64,000 nucleotides of DNA, taken from Acidobacteriota bacterium (GTDB taxonomy: Bacteria; Acidobacteriota; Thermoanaerobaculia; Multivoradales; JAGPDF01). Under the pieces are notes generated by a model. It saw nothing but the letters and a program-made list of their open reading frames with translations. It did no database searches and was not told the DNA's origin. Shown in pieces: positions 33,930-43,700 of the stretch. Each line of letters starts with the position of its first letter. Within the stretch, counting starts at the first letter, position 1. The translations under genes were made by a program, and so were the position numbers. The stretch is from NCBI GenBank assembly GCA_014584695.1, contig JACTMI010000012.1, forward strand, positions 40,097 through 104,096, in the 5' to 3' direction.

Positions 33930-36641
33930 TCAGGGCGCCGCGACCTCCTCGTCCCAGCGCGAGACGTCGCCGCTCTCGAAGCCGTCGGCGAACAGCAGAC
34001 CGGGGCCACAGGCGGTGGGGTGGAAGATCCGGACATCGTCGACGTACCAGCCGGTGTCGCCGATCGAGCCGTCGGCGCCGAAGCGCCAGCGCCAGCGTAG
34101 CGTCTGGCCGGCGAAGTCCTCGAGGTCGACCAGGACGCGGACGAAGCTCGCGATGTCGCCGTGCCAGGCCGGGCGCCCGGCGAGCGGGTTGGTGCCCGTG
34201 CCGTTGAGGGCGCCGGTGTAGCCGCCGGTCAGGAAACGGGCCGCATTGCCGGCGAGCACGTCCGACCACACCGCGCCGTCGGGCGAGCTCTCGAGCACGC
34301 CGCCGTCCCAGTTCGACTCGGTGTTGTAGCGATGCCAGAACTCGAGCCGCGCAGCGGTCGGAGCTCCGGGCAGCGCGACCCCGGCGGCCAGCGCGAGCCA
34401 GCGGTCCGAGGTGCTCGACGGATCGTTCGTGAACCAGGCGTGGCTGGGCGAGTGGCTGGCCGCGGCCGAGACCGCGAAGTTCGAGCCGGCGCCGGTACCG
34501 CCGACGACCCAGGCCGCGGCCGGCCCCTCGACGTCGTCGTGGAACAGATCGGCGTCCGGCCCGCCCGGAGCGGCGCTGCGCCGGACGACGTTCGCCTCCT
34601 CGTTGCCGGCGTCGCAGGGCCCGCCGCCGAAGCCGGTCTCGTCCTCGGCGCGCACGACGTAGTGGTAAGCGGTGCCGTGAACCGGTGTCGGATCCTGGTA
34701 GTGGGTCACGGCGAGGCAGCTCGCGAGCAGGTTCGCCGGCCCGGGCACGAAAGCCGGGTCGGTCGAGCGGTAGACGTTGTAGACCACGCCGCCGCCGCAG
34801 GAGGAGCTGCCCGCGCTCCAGGCGAGGTCGACGCCGCAGGCGCTCGCCCCGACCGACTGCGCCGAGGCGAGACCGGCGAACGCCGGGGCCAGCAGACAGA
34901 CGCCGGTGGTCGAGGCGTCGTCGCAGAGGCTGCGCGCCGACTCGCAGTCGTCGTCGTCCTCGTCGATGGCCGAGACGCGGTAGGCGTAGGTGACGCCGCC
35001 GGAGACCGCGGTGTCGCTGAAGCTGGTGGCCGCGGTCTCGACGAGTGGCGTCGCGCCGCTGCCGGGGCAGGCGCCGAGGGCGCGGTAGATCCGATAGCGC
35101 TCGGCGCCGGCGACGGCGTCCCAGGCGAGGTCGATCCGGTTGTCGCCGTTGGGCGTCGCGGAGAGGTTCTGCGGCACCGCGGGGGCGGTGCAGGCGTCGC
35201 GCCCGTCGACGGTGGTGGCGCCGGAGGCGAGCGGGTCGAGCCAGTCGGCGGCACGGGTGTCGGGCGTCGTGCCGCCGTCCCAGCTCCGATGGAGGAAGCC
35301 GTAGTAGTCGGAGAGCCGGTTGCCGACCTCGCCGCACGCCGAAGTGCCGCCGTGGAGCTGGCCGACGAAGCGCCGCTCGCGGTTGTAGACCGGCGAGCCC
35401 GACGAGCCCGGCTCGGTGACCTGGGGCGGGATCGGCGGCTGGATCGTCGGGTTGGGGGGAAAGACCGGATCCGGGTCCCACTTGACCCACAGGTGCGAGC
35501 CGTCGTTGCCCGGCGGCGGCACGGTGCCGCCACCGTAGACCGAGGGGACCATCGGGTCCTGCGAGAAGGTGATCCGCTTCTCGTCGACGCCTGGGTGGTG
35601 GATGCCGGCGCACAGGGAGCCCTCCGAGCAGAGGAAGCAGGGGACGCCCGCGCAGTCGCCGTCGCCGGCCGTGCGGTCCCAGCCCGCCCAGTGGAGGTTC
35701 CAGAGCGGGTCGACGGTGCCGAGGAACTCGATCAGCGTGAAGTCCGACGCCGAGCGGGCGGCGCGGAAGGTCCAGCCGCTCGCGAACTGGGTGCGCTGGC
35801 CGTCGCCGGCGCCGCCCGATGCGGCGCTGCCCGGAATCCGGCAGGAGGAGTTCTCGAAGTTCCAGTAGACGACCACGGTGGCGGCGTTGCCGGAGTTGAT
35901 GCCACAGTGATTGGCGGTCATGAACAGCACCCGGCGGTCCTCGGCGGTGTTGTTCAACAGCGAACCCGAGCAAGTGTCGATGCCGTTGCGGGTGATCGCC
36001 CCCGAGGCCCGCACGGTGGCGCGCCAGGGGTCGCTGGCGAGCAGACACTCGACGTCCATGTTGCAGGCGCCCGACTCGGGGGCTTCCGGCAACCCGAACC
36101 GGGTGTAGCCCTGCCCGACCTGGACCAGCTCGAGCTCGAGCTCACCCAGACGGTCGCGCGGGATCGTCACTTCGAGTATCGCGTCGCCGCCGGCGATGAG
36201 GGGCGTCCAGAGTTGGCCGCCCGCGGTGTTGTCCGCGGCGGTGAACGGGCGAACAAGCTCCGACAGGTCGGTGGCGTGGACCAGCAGCTGCCCCCCCGGC
36301 GGCATGCGGAAGCGGCCGAAGCCGAAGTTGAGCGAGGTCGCGTCCGCGGCGCGCACGCGCAGGCGCCAGAGCAGGCGGCCGTCGGCCAGGTCCTCCCAGG
36401 TGCCGCGCGCGGCGGGCGTGAGCGCGAGCGGCCGCGCCACGGCGAAGCGCAGCGGCAGCCCGGCCTCCTGGCGCGCGGCATCCTCGACCGCCAGCGCGGC
36501 CAGGTCGAGGGCTTCGAAGTCGAGCGTGTCGAGCGCTTCGATGTCGATCAGCGAGTGCAGCAGGGCGGTGGGAACGGGCGGCTCCTGCGCGAGCGCGACC
36601 GCCGCCGTGAGCGCGACGAGGAGAGCGAAACGGACTGTCAT
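33930..36641 (-). CDS. Exported lysyl endopeptidase-like S1 serine protease (Achromobacter protease I family) with FN3 and C-terminal beta-sandwich domains
   Basis: The signal peptide is MTVRFALLVALTAAVALAQ. The catalytic region closely parallels Achromobacter protease I as I recall it: CSGSLLNNTAEDRRVLFMTANHCGI, VVVYWNFENSSCR, SDFTLIEF, WAGWDR, TEPGSSGSPVY, GQLHGG and DWLDP. It is followed by FN3-like LSATPNGDNRIDLAWDAVAGAERYRIYR. The C-terminal tail is LLFADGFESGDVSRWDEEVAAP. Confidence 0.85.
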   Translation of the reverse strand: MTVRFALLVALTAAVALAQEPPVPTALLHSLIDIEALDTLDFEALDLAALAVEDAARQEAGLPLRFAVARPLALTPAARGTWEDLADGRLLWRLRVRAADATSLNFGFGRFRMPPGGQLLVHATDLSELVRPFTAADNTAGGQLWTPLIAGGDAILEVTIPRDRLGELELELVQVGQGYTRFGLPEAPESGACNMDVECLLASDPWRATVRASGAITRNGIDTCSGSLLNNTAEDRRVLFMTANHCGINSGNAATVVVYWNFENSSCRIPGSAASGGAGDGQRTQFASGWTFRAARSASDFTLIEFLGTVDPLWNLHWAGWDRTAGDGDCAGVPCFLCSEGSLCAGIHHPGVDEKRITFSQDPMVPSVYGGGTVPPPGNDGSHLWVKWDPDPVFPPNPTIQPPIPPQVTEPGSSGSPVYNRERRFVGQLHGGTSACGEVGNRLSDYYGFLHRSWDGGTTPDTRAADWLDPLASGATTVDGRDACTAPAVPQNLSATPNGDNRIDLAWDAVAGAERYRIYRALGACPGSGATPLVETAATSFSDTAVSGGVTYAYRVSAIDEDDDDCESARSLCDDASTTGVCLLAPAFAGLASAQSVGASACGVDLAWSAGSSSCGGGVVYNVYRSTDPAFVPGPANLLASCLAVTHYQDPTPVHGTAYHYVVRAEDETGFGGGPCDAGNEEANVVRRSAAPGGPDADLFHDDVEGPAAAWVVGGTGAGSNFAVSAAASHSPSHAWFTNDPSSTSDRWLALAAGVALPGAPTAARLEFWHRYNTESNWDGGVLESSPDGAVWSDVLAGNAARFLTGGYTGALNGTGTNPLAGRPAWHGDIASFVRVLVDLEDFAGQTLRWRWRFGADGSIGDTGWYVDDVRIFHPTACGPGLLFADGFESGDVSRWDEEVAAP

Positions 36642-36739
36642 GGAGAGCCTCCTGGGACACCCTGGACGAACTCTCCGAAGGTACCACCGGCGCGCCGCGC
36701 GGGGCGCCGCGCCGGCGGGTGGGCCCGACCGCTGAGCTA

Positions 36740-36941
36740 GCCTGGACTTCTCACCAGCCTTCTACTGCGGGTCCGGATCTGCCTGGGTCTGCGGCGCTGT
36801 GCCCCCCGCTGTATGGGGGGTTGCGCTCGGTCGGGCTCCTCGACGGACCGCAAGGGTCCGCCTGCGGGGCCCTCGGTCGCGCGCCTTGCAGCCCCAGGTA
36901 GCTCCGGCCCCTCGCGACGAACGCTGGTGAGAAGTCCAGGC
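36740..36941. other. 202-nt rod-like inverted-repeat element (candidate structured ncRNA or MITE)
   Basis: A perfect 19-bp terminal inverted repeat, GCCTGGACTTCTCACCAGC (36740-36758) / GCTGGTGAGAAGTCCAGGC (36923-36941), encloses 164 nt. The interior continues as imperfect pairing (gggtccggatctgcctggg vs ccccaggtagctccggccc; ctgcggcgc vs gcgcgccttgcag) with internal hairpins CCCCCC-gctgtat-GGGGGG and GGACC-gcaag-GGTCC. It lies in the 313-nt gap between two minus-strand peptidase genes. Confidence 0.4.
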
Positions 36942-36954
36942 CAGGCGGCGCCGG

Positions 36955-39030
36955 TCACCAGACCGCGCACTTCTCGCGCGGGTTCATCGGCGTGCCGGCC
37001 GCGCAGGCGAAGGAGGGGGCGAAGCCCGGGTGGTTGACCAGCGGGCCGACGACGCGGAACTTCGACGGCGAGTGGGGATCGGTCTGGACCTGCAGCCGCT
37101 CCGACTCCGGGGTCGACTCGGTGCACCAGACCTGGGCCGCGGCGACGAAGAAGAGCTGGTCCTCGGTGAGCCCCGCCACCCGGGGCCCCTCGCCGCGCTC
37201 GGCCTGCCGCCGCTGGAGCACGGCCCAGGCCTGCTTGAGGCCGCCGTTGTCGGCGATGTTCTCGCCCAGGGTCAGCCCGCCGTTGACCGCCACCCCCGGC
37301 TCGACCTCGTAGCGGCCGTATTGCTCGCGGATGCAGCTGGCGCGCTGGTCGAAGCCCGCCACGGAGGCCTCGCTCCACCAGTCCCTGAGCGCCCCCCGGG
37401 CGTCGAACTTGCGCCCCTGGTCGTCGAAACCGTGGGTCAGCTCGTGGCCCATGACGTAGCCGATCCCCCCCAGGTTCATCGCCAGCGGGAAGTCCTTGTG
37501 GAAGAAGGGGGGCTGGAGGATGCCGGCCGGATAGGTGAAGGTGTTCTGGAGCGGGTTGTAGCTGGCGTTGACCGTCTGCGCGTTCATCGGCCACTCCTTG
37601 CGGTCCACCGGCTGGCCGACCTGCGCCAGCCGGCGCGCCGTCTCGTGCCGCCGGGCCGCGACGGCGTTGGCAAAGTGGCTCTGGCGTGCGAGGTCGAGCG
37701 CGGAATAGTCCCGCCAGCCGTCCGGGTAGCCGATCTTCATCGCCAGCGTCCCCATCTTGATCTGCGCGGCCTGGCGGGTCGGCTCGTCCATCCAGTCGAG
37801 CCCGGCGAGGGAGGCGGCAAAAGCGTCCGCGATGTCGCCGATCATCGCGGTGGCGATCTGCTTAGACTGGCCGGTGAACCGCTGCGCGACGTAGAGCTTG
37901 CCGATCGCCTCCCCCAGCGCCTGCTCGGTCGCCCCGATGCAGCGCTTCCAGCGCGGTTGCGGCTCCTGCTGGCCGGCCAGCGTGCGGCCCTGGAAGTCGA
38001 AGTGCTGGTCGTAGATTCGCCGTGGCAGCAGGGTCGCCGTGGCCGCCAGCAGGTGGTAGCGCAGGTAGGCGCGCAGGGTCTCGACCGGCGCCGCGCGGAC
38101 CTCGCGCTCCAAGGTGACGAAGAACTCGGGCGTCAGCAGGTTGATGGTCGTCAGGTCGGGCCGGCCGAGAGCCCGAAAATAGCGCTCCCAGGGCAGCAGC
38201 GGCGCGAGCTGGGCGAGCCCAGCGGCGTCGAGGCGGTGGTGGAGCTCCTCGACCTGGCGCATCTGCTCGATGGTCCGCGAGCCGCGCGCGAGGGCGGTCT
38301 CGAAGGCGAGGACCGCGGGCGCCCGCTCGGCCGCGACCGCCGCGTCGAGGCCGGACAGCTCCAGCATGCGCGCGACGTGGGTCTGATACTTGGCGCGCAG
38401 CTCCCGCTTCTCCTGGCTGTCGGAGAGGTAGTAGTCGCGTTCGGGCAGGCCGAGACCGCCCTGGGAGAAGTGGGCGACCTGGGTGTCGGGGTCTTTCAGA
38501 TCGGCGAAGACGTCGAGGTCGAAGAAGGGCGCGGACTCGAGGGTCGCGAGCTCACCGCCGAGCGCGAACAGGTCGGCTGCGGTCGTCGCGACGTCGAGCC
38601 GGGCGAGCCAGGGGGCGAGCGGGGCGAGATCGGCCCGCTCGATCGCGGCTTCGTCCATGCAGGCGCCGTAGAAGTGGCCGACCCGAAGGCGGTCCGGGTC
38701 GTCGCCCGGCTGGCGCGCGGCTTCCTCGACGAGCTTGCGCAGCAGCTCGCGATTGCGCTCGTGAATGACCGAGAAGGAGCGCACCCACTCGGACTGATCG
38801 GCTGGCAGCTCGACCTGGTCGAGCCAGCCACCGCAGGCGTAGCGGTAGAAGTCGACGCACGGGTCGGCAGCAGGGTCCATCGACGCGGTGACGGCGGCGG
38901 CGATCGCGTCGAGGGTGAGGTCGGCGCCCGCGGGGGCGTCACCGGGGACTTTGGGCCGGGCAGCGAGCGGTGCCGTCCCGGCGACGGCCAGGAGAGCGAG
39001 AGCGACGGGGAAGGTGGGCCTGCGCATCAT
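36955..39030 (-). CDS. M13-family zinc metallopeptidase (PepO / endothelin-converting-enzyme-like), exported
   Basis: The signal peptide is MMRRPTFPVALALLAVAGTAPLAA. Motifs are the N-terminal DPCVDFYRYACGGW, the zinc site GHELTHGFD, ENIADNGG, and the C-terminus REKCAVW. Confidence 0.9.
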   Translation of the reverse strand: MMRRPTFPVALALLAVAGTAPLAARPKVPGDAPAGADLTLDAIAAAVTASMDPAADPCVDFYRYACGGWLDQVELPADQSEWVRSFSVIHERNRELLRKLVEEAARQPGDDPDRLRVGHFYGACMDEAAIERADLAPLAPWLARLDVATTAADLFALGGELATLESAPFFDLDVFADLKDPDTQVAHFSQGGLGLPERDYYLSDSQEKRELRAKYQTHVARMLELSGLDAAVAAERAPAVLAFETALARGSRTIEQMRQVEELHHRLDAAGLAQLAPLLPWERYFRALGRPDLTTINLLTPEFFVTLEREVRAAPVETLRAYLRYHLLAATATLLPRRIYDQHFDFQGRTLAGQQEPQPRWKRCIGATEQALGEAIGKLYVAQRFTGQSKQIATAMIGDIADAFAASLAGLDWMDEPTRQAAQIKMGTLAMKIGYPDGWRDYSALDLARQSHFANAVAARRHETARRLAQVGQPVDRKEWPMNAQTVNASYNPLQNTFTYPAGILQPPFFHKDFPLAMNLGGIGYVMGHELTHGFDDQGRKFDARGALRDWWSEASVAGFDQRASCIREQYGRYEVEPGVAVNGGLTLGENIADNGGLKQAWAVLQRRQAERGEGPRVAGLTEDQLFFVAAAQVWCTESTPESERLQVQTDPHSPSKFRVVGPLVNHPGFAPSFACAAGTPMNPREKCAVW

Positions 39031-39168
39031 CTCCTCCGTGGGGGGGCTGCTCGGGTCGGGCAGCGCCCGGGCACGGACGATCTTCCGGGTTCACCACCGC
39101 CGCGGACAACGCCTCCGGGACGAACTGCTCCGGCGACGGGACGTCTCGCGCCCGGCTCGCGGCCGGGG

Positions 39169-39651
39169 TCAGCGTCCGGAGGTCATCTCGCGCAGGACCT
39201 CGAGCTCGGCGAGGGCTTCGAGATCCTTGGGCCGGCCGGCTGCCCGCTTCGTCTCGATCAGCTTGTCGAGGTTCAGGCAGCGGATCGCGCGGCCGAAGAG
39301 CTCGAGCTCGAAGCTGTGCGGCACCAGCTCCTCGTAGCGGCCTCCGCCCGTGATCTCGCCGAGCAGATCGAGGTCACCGAGCGATGTCTCGAGGGTGAAG
39401 TTCGAACCGTGTCCGAGCGTGGCGGCGCTCCAGCGGAATGGGAGGCCGGGGGGCGCGCCGCGCAGGTAGGGCTGCCGGTCCGCCAGCGCCGCCGCCAGCC
39501 GCTCGAGGTTGCGCGGATGGCGCGCGTAGACGATGTCGACGTCTTGAGTCAGGCGCGCGGAGCCGTGGGCGACCGCTGCCAGGCCGCCGACCAAGACGAA
39601 CTCGACTCCGCCGTCGACGAGGGCTTCGAGCAGCGCCCGGAAGTTGGTCAC
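39169..39651 (-). CDS. Small nucleotidyltransferase-fold protein (minimal NTase; toxin-antitoxin-like module component)
   Basis: The GTG start at 39651 overlaps the upstream stop (GTGA). The NTase signature is VLVGGLAAVAHGSARLTQDVDIV (GG-x6-HGS-x5-DVD), and the C-terminus contains KRAAGRPKDLEALAELE. Confidence 0.65.
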   Translation of the reverse strand: MTNFRALLEALVDGGVEFVLVGGLAAVAHGSARLTQDVDIVYARHPRNLERLAAALADRQPYLRGAPPGLPFRWSAATLGHGSNFTLETSLGDLDLLGEITGGGRYEELVPHSFELELFGRAIRCLNLDKLIETKRAAGRPKDLEALAELEVLREMTSGR

Positions 39652-39842
39652 GGCCGTCGCCGTGCCCGACGGCCGGCCCGGCGCACCTCCTCGGCCAGCC
39701 GCTGAAGCTCCATCGCCGCCAGGATGCGCTGCTCGGGGGTCAGGCGCAGATTCTTCGCGAGGAGCGTCCGGTCGATCCCGCTCCGGTACGCCTCGGTGAC
39801 GGGATCTCGCCACGGTTCACGAGCCATCGCATCCCGAGCCAT
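39648..39842 (-). CDS. Small (about 64 aa) partner protein of the nucleotidyltransferase
   Basis: MARDAMAREPWRDPVTEAYRSGIDRTLLAKNLRLTPEQRILAAMELQRLAEEVRRAGRRARRRP. It overlaps the NTase gene by 4 nt. A TATATT -10-like box (complement of 39854-39859) lies 11 nt upstream of the ATG. The start at 39827 is also possible. Confidence 0.5.
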   Translation of the reverse strand: MARDAMAREPWRDPVTEAYRSGIDRTLLAKNLRLTPEQRILAAMELQRLAEEVRRAGRRARRRP

Positions 39843-39929
39843 CGCTCGGCAACAATATACGAACGGGAGCGCGCACGAGGCAGCGGAGAGTTCCTGGCGA
39901 GCCCGCCGGAGGCCCGGGCTCCGGCCCGC

Positions 39930-39935
39930 TAGAAT
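39930..39935 (+). promoter_or_regulatory. TAGAAT -10-like hexamer 9 nt upstream of the yjbQ-like ATG (near-leaderless transcript?)
   Basis: It reads cgcTAGAATcggcgcgccATG. I see no convincing -35 element or Shine-Dalgarno sequence. Confidence 0.3.
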
Positions 39936-39944
39936 CGGCGCGCC

Positions 39945-40379
39945 ATGAAGAGCCATCGCCAGGAGCTCTGGTTCGAGGTCCCCGGCCGCCGGGCGTTCGT
40001 CAACATCACCCACGAGGTCGAACGGGCCCTCACAGCGAGCGGCATCCGCGAGGGGCTCTGCCTGGTCAACGCCATGCACATCACGGCCTCGGTGTTCATC
40101 AACGACGACGAGAGCGGGTTGCACGAGGACTACGAGCGCTGGCTCGAGCAGCTCGCCCCGTTCGACGCCGGCAGCGATCCGAAGCGGGGCGGCTACCGGC
40201 ACAATCGGACCGGTGAGGACAACGCCGACGCCCACCTCAAGCGTCAGGTCATGGGGCGCGAAGTGGTGGTCGCGGTGACCGCGGGCAAGCTCGACTTCGG
40301 GCCGTGGGAGCAGATCTTCTACGGCGAGTTCGACGGCGGCCGTCGCAAGCGGGTGTTGGTCAAGATCCTCGGCGAGTGA
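39945..40379 (+). CDS. YjbQ/UPF0047 family protein (secondary thiamine-phosphate synthase-like)
   Basis: Motifs [56 protein letters not shown] and [13 protein letters not shown]. Confidence 0.85.
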   Translation: MKSHRQELWFEVPGRRAFVNITHEVERALTASGIREGLCLVNAMHITASVFINDDESGLHEDYERWLEQLAPFDAGSDPKRGGYRHNRTGEDNADAHLKRQVMGREVVVAVTAGKLDFGPWEQIFYGEFDGGRRKRVLVKILGE

Positions 40380-40401
40380 GGCCGCGGCCTCGGGAGGCGC
40401 G

Positions 40402-40638
40402 ATGAAGATCACGGTCAGGGACAACGGGTCGCTGCGCGTCGAAGTCGGAGCCGGCGAGACGCTCGAAGTGCTCGACGCGCAGGGCAACGGCTTCGGGCTC
40501 GGCGGCCGCCAGGTCATCTCGCTCTGCCGCTGCGGCCAGTCGGAGTCGAAGCCCTTCTGCGACGGCAGCCACAACCGGTGCGGGTTCGACTCGGTGGTGG
40601 TCGCCCGCGACCTGCCGCCGGTGCCTCCGAAGGCCTGA
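40402..40638 (+). CDS. CDGSH-type iron-sulfur domain protein
   Basis: 78 aa with LCRCGQSESKPFCDGSHNRCGF, the CxC-x9-CDGSH motif. Confidence 0.85.
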   Translation: MKITVRDNGSLRVEVGAGETLEVLDAQGNGFGLGGRQVISLCRCGQSESKPFCDGSHNRCGFDSVVVARDLPPVPPKA

Positions 40639-40726
40639 CCCGCTCTGCCGCCGCCGGGCGGAACAGTTCACGGCGCCGGCGCGGCCGGGGTGGCAGGATC
40701 GCGCCCTCGATTGCGAGGGAGGGGGT

Positions 40727-43700
40727 ATGACGACGCTCCACCTAGAGCGCCGCCCGGGGACATCGGCCCGCTCGGGCCTCCGGACCCTGGCCGCGCTGGC
40801 GCTCGGGTTCACCGCCGCCGCCGCGCCGGCCCAGGTCGGCCCGCCCGTCGTGCCCGGGTTCCCGAACGTGCCCCAGACCGCGGGCGCGATCCTGTCCGGC
40901 CTCAACGCTCCGCAGCAGGGGCGGACCGCGATCCTCGCCTACCACAACGGCGTTCTGTTCACCGTGCCCGAGCTGCCGGCGAGCCAGCCGGGCTCGGACT
41001 TCCAGGTGCGCACCTGGAGCTTGGTCAACCCCGCCGCGCCGGTCGAGCTCGCGACCTGGGGAATCTCGCCGATGCCGATCAACGCCCACGGCTACTTCCA
41101 GAGCGGCGAGTACCTGATCCTGGGCAGCAACTGGCCCCCCGAGGCCCCCTGGTCGTTCCGCGCCCAGGGCGTCCACGGCCTCCAGCGCACCGAGTTCCCC
41201 GGCCTGCTCTGCGCGGGGGTGCGCGGCTGCCTGTTCCAGCCCTGGTTCGTCGGCGACACCTGGTGGAGCTACGGCGCGATCTCGGGTCTGGCGACGATCT
41301 CGCGCGGCAATTTCAACCCGATCGCGCAGTGGGACCATCTCGGTCTGACCGGCGTCGTCGGCCACCCCTTCCTGATCGGCGACCTGCTGATCTTCGCCTC
41401 GGATCAGAGCCGCACCGGGGTGGCCACCTACGACGTCTCGAATCCCGCCCAGCCGGTCCTGCTCGACGTGCTAACCACCGGCGGACCGGGCGGCTACTGG
41501 CCCGAGATCTGGGGCGGCGACGGCAAGCTCTACGTCGTCTTCCCCTATCGCGAGAACGGCAACGGCATGCGCGTGGTCGACGCCACCGACCCGTCCAACC
41601 TCGCCCTCGTCGCCGACGTTTCGCTGCCCGGCGACGAGGCGATGTACGCGCAGTTCCAGGACGAGTACGCCTTCATCGGCAGCCACAAAGTCGACCTGCG
41701 CACCTTCCAGTCGGTGCTCAACCTGAACGGCGCGACCACCGTACGCCCCAACGACGGCGGCGTCGGCATCGACACCAGCCAGTTCGCGCTGCCGCTCGGC
41801 AACCTGCTGGTCACCGGCGGCGTCGGGCCGCACCAGGGGATGGCGATCTGGGCCCACCAGGCCGAGCCCGACACGCGCGGGCCCTCGGTCGGCTTCCACA
41901 TCCCCCAGGCCGGGCGGACCCATTACCCGGTCGGGGCGCCGATCACGCTGCTGATCCACGAGACGCTCGAGACCTTCACCATCGTCAACGGCGAAACCTT
42001 CATCGTCCGGCCGCTCGGCGGCGCGCCGATCGCCGGCCGGCTCACCTTCGCCTTCGACGACGTGCTCACCTTCACGCCCAACCAGCCGCTCGCGCCGGAC
42101 ACCACCTACGAGGTCGTGATCCCCGCCGGCGGGATCAAGGACGCGGCCGGCAACGGCATCGCCGGCACCGCCTGGACCTTCTCGACCGGGGGCAGCGTCG
42201 GCGGCAACGCGGCCCCGGCGGTGAATCTGTTCGACGCCGGCCCTTACCCGGCGGCCCCCGGGGAGTCGGTCACTTTCACGGCCGCGGCCACCGACCCCGA
42301 GGGGCAGCCGCTCGAGTATCGGTTCGATTTCGGCGACGGCAGCCCCAAGACCGCCTGGAGCGCGGCGAGCGGGGCGGCTCGCGCCTACGCCGCCTCCGGC
42401 CACTACCGCGCCACCGTCCAGGTGCGCGATCCGGCCGGCGCCATCGCCTCGCGCAGCCGGACGGTGACCGTGGTCGTCCCCCCGGCCGCGGCGCGCCCGA
42501 CGCAGAGCGCGCAGGTCGTCTGCGACGCCGCCGCGCGCACGGTCTGGACGGTCAACCGCGACGCCGGCACGGTGGCGCGCGTCGACGTCGACACGCTCGC
42601 GGTGGACTTCGAAGTGCCGGCCTGCGCCGACCCGCGCGCCGTCGCTCTCGCCGCGACCGGCGAGCTGTGGGTCGCCTGCGCCGGCGACGACCGGCTGCGC
42701 GTCCTCGACGGCACCACCGGGGCGCCGCTCGCCTCGATCTCGACCGGCTACGGCTCGGCGCCGGTGGGCGTCGCCGCCTCGCCCTCCGGGGCGACGCTCT
42801 ACGTCACCCTCTCCGGGCCGGGCGAGCTGCGGCGCTTCGACGCCGCCTCGCGCGCGCAGACCGGCGTCGTCGCCGTCGGGCCCTGGCCGCGCGCCATCGC
42901 CGTCACCCCGGACGGCGCGCGCATCCTGGTCACCCGCTTCCTCTCACCCCGCGACTGGGCCGAGGTCTACGAAGTGGCCGCCGGGCCCTTCACCCTGACC
43001 CGCACCTTCCGGCTGCACAAGCTGGGCGGCGACGCCAACCGCGACACGACCGCGGCCGGGCGCGGCACGCCGAACTTCCTGGCCGACATTGCGGTCTCAC
43101 CCGACGGCTCGCAGGCCTGGGTGGCGGCGACCAAGCCGAACGTCGAGCGGGGGCTGCTGATCGGGCCCGACCTCGACTCCGACAACACCGTCCGCTCGAC
43201 GCTGGTGGCGCTCGACCTGACCACCAACCAGGTCGGCGACACGATCGACGTCGACAACAGCGACTCGCCCGCGGCGCTCGCCTATTCGCCGCTCGGTGAC
43301 TACCTCTTCGTCGCCCTGCAGGGCAACGACCAGCTGGTGGTGCTCGACGCCCTCGCCTTCGGCACCAGCACCGGGCTGGGCGCGCAGGTGACGCGCCTCG
43401 CCACCGGCGCGGCGCCGCAGGGCATCTGCGCCGACGCCGTGACCCATCGACTCTTCAGCGCCGACTTCCTCGGCCGAACGCTGACCGCGATCGAGGCGGC
43501 GCCGCTCTTTCTCGCCGGCGAGAAGAACCTCGCCGCCACGGCGATCGCCACCCAGGCGGTCGAGCCGTTGCCGCCGACGGTGCTCGCCGGCAAGCGGATC
43601 TTCTACTTCGCCTCGGATCCGCGGATGAGCCCGGAGGGCTACCTCTCCTGCGCCACCTGCCACGTCGACGGCGGCACCGACGGCCGCGTCTGGGACTTCA

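Noticed and set aside
36923-36941. Resemblance of GGUGAGAAGUCCAGGC to the RNase P RNA P4 motif (GAGGAAAGUCCGGGC).
   Set aside because: The element is only about 200 nt and lacks the other universally conserved RNase P blocks. The similarity is partly a by-product of the inverted repeat.
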